Origin: Mytilus californianus
Taxonomy: Eukaryota
Reading direction: 5' to 3'
Length of the DNA: 64,000 nucleotides
Assembly: GCF_021869535.1 (NCBI RefSeq)
Contig: NW_026262690.1
Span: 4,278,001 to 4,342,000 of the forward strand
Position 1 is the stretch's first letter, and each line of letters begins with the position of its first letter. The translations under genes and the position numbers were made by a program. Below, piece by piece: positions 63,728 through 64,000 of the stretch. Under the pieces are notes generated by a model. That model did not search any database. It was given only the letters and a program-made list of their open reading frames with translations, and had not been told where the DNA came from.

Positions 63728-64000
63728 ATGAAATTATTTAACGTGTTGTTTTCATTTTTTTCAGTTATCTCGGTCTCATAAATCGACGAAAGGATTGTTT
63801 CTCTCGAAAACCTTTAAAGACTATTAAAGATTGAAAATTGAATAGTAACTCATAATGGCAACAACACACGATAACTATCAAACGAATTTAATATTTCAGT
63901 AAACTGAAGGTTGCATTTTAATCAGGGTAAATAATGACCTGACACAGGTCATAATTATACGCCTTGAAGCAGGACATTTCATTGAAGCTTGGTATCGCAA

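Overview
AT-rich (about 30% GC by eye), intron-containing animal genomic DNA, most likely a bivalve mollusc (Mytilus-like, inferred from the repeat families and hammerhead retrozyme-type repeats; not database-verified). There are three zones. (1) 2.7-14.3 kb: a cluster of small genes of no recognised family. Four same-strand paralogues (95-113 aa) each carry two copies of an H-x(3-5)-C-x(15-21)-C-x-C putative metal-binding motif. They alternate long-linker/short-linker (ABAB) and are interspersed with short ORFs, including a 46-aa transmembrane candidate, with a divergent two-exon 100-aa charged gene beside them. This is the best candidate for an undescribed system. (2) 14.7-52 kb: repeat-dense DNA with non-autonomous DNA transposons (Kolobok-, Harbinger-, MULE-, hAT-, Tc1-like), Helentron-type HINEs with satellite cores, a Penelope-like RT fragment and locally duplicated exon-like modules with no convincing CDS. 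(3) 52.3-64 kb: a full-length but disabled 6.29-kb Ngaro-type tyrosine-recombinase retrotransposon (split direct repeats A1-gag-pol-YR-B1-A2-B2) inserted without TSD into a tRNA-derived SINE, followed by hammerhead-bearing repeats, a Tx1/L1 LINE 3' fragment and another Penelope-like RT fragment. No rRNA, tRNA gene or CRISPR array is supported.
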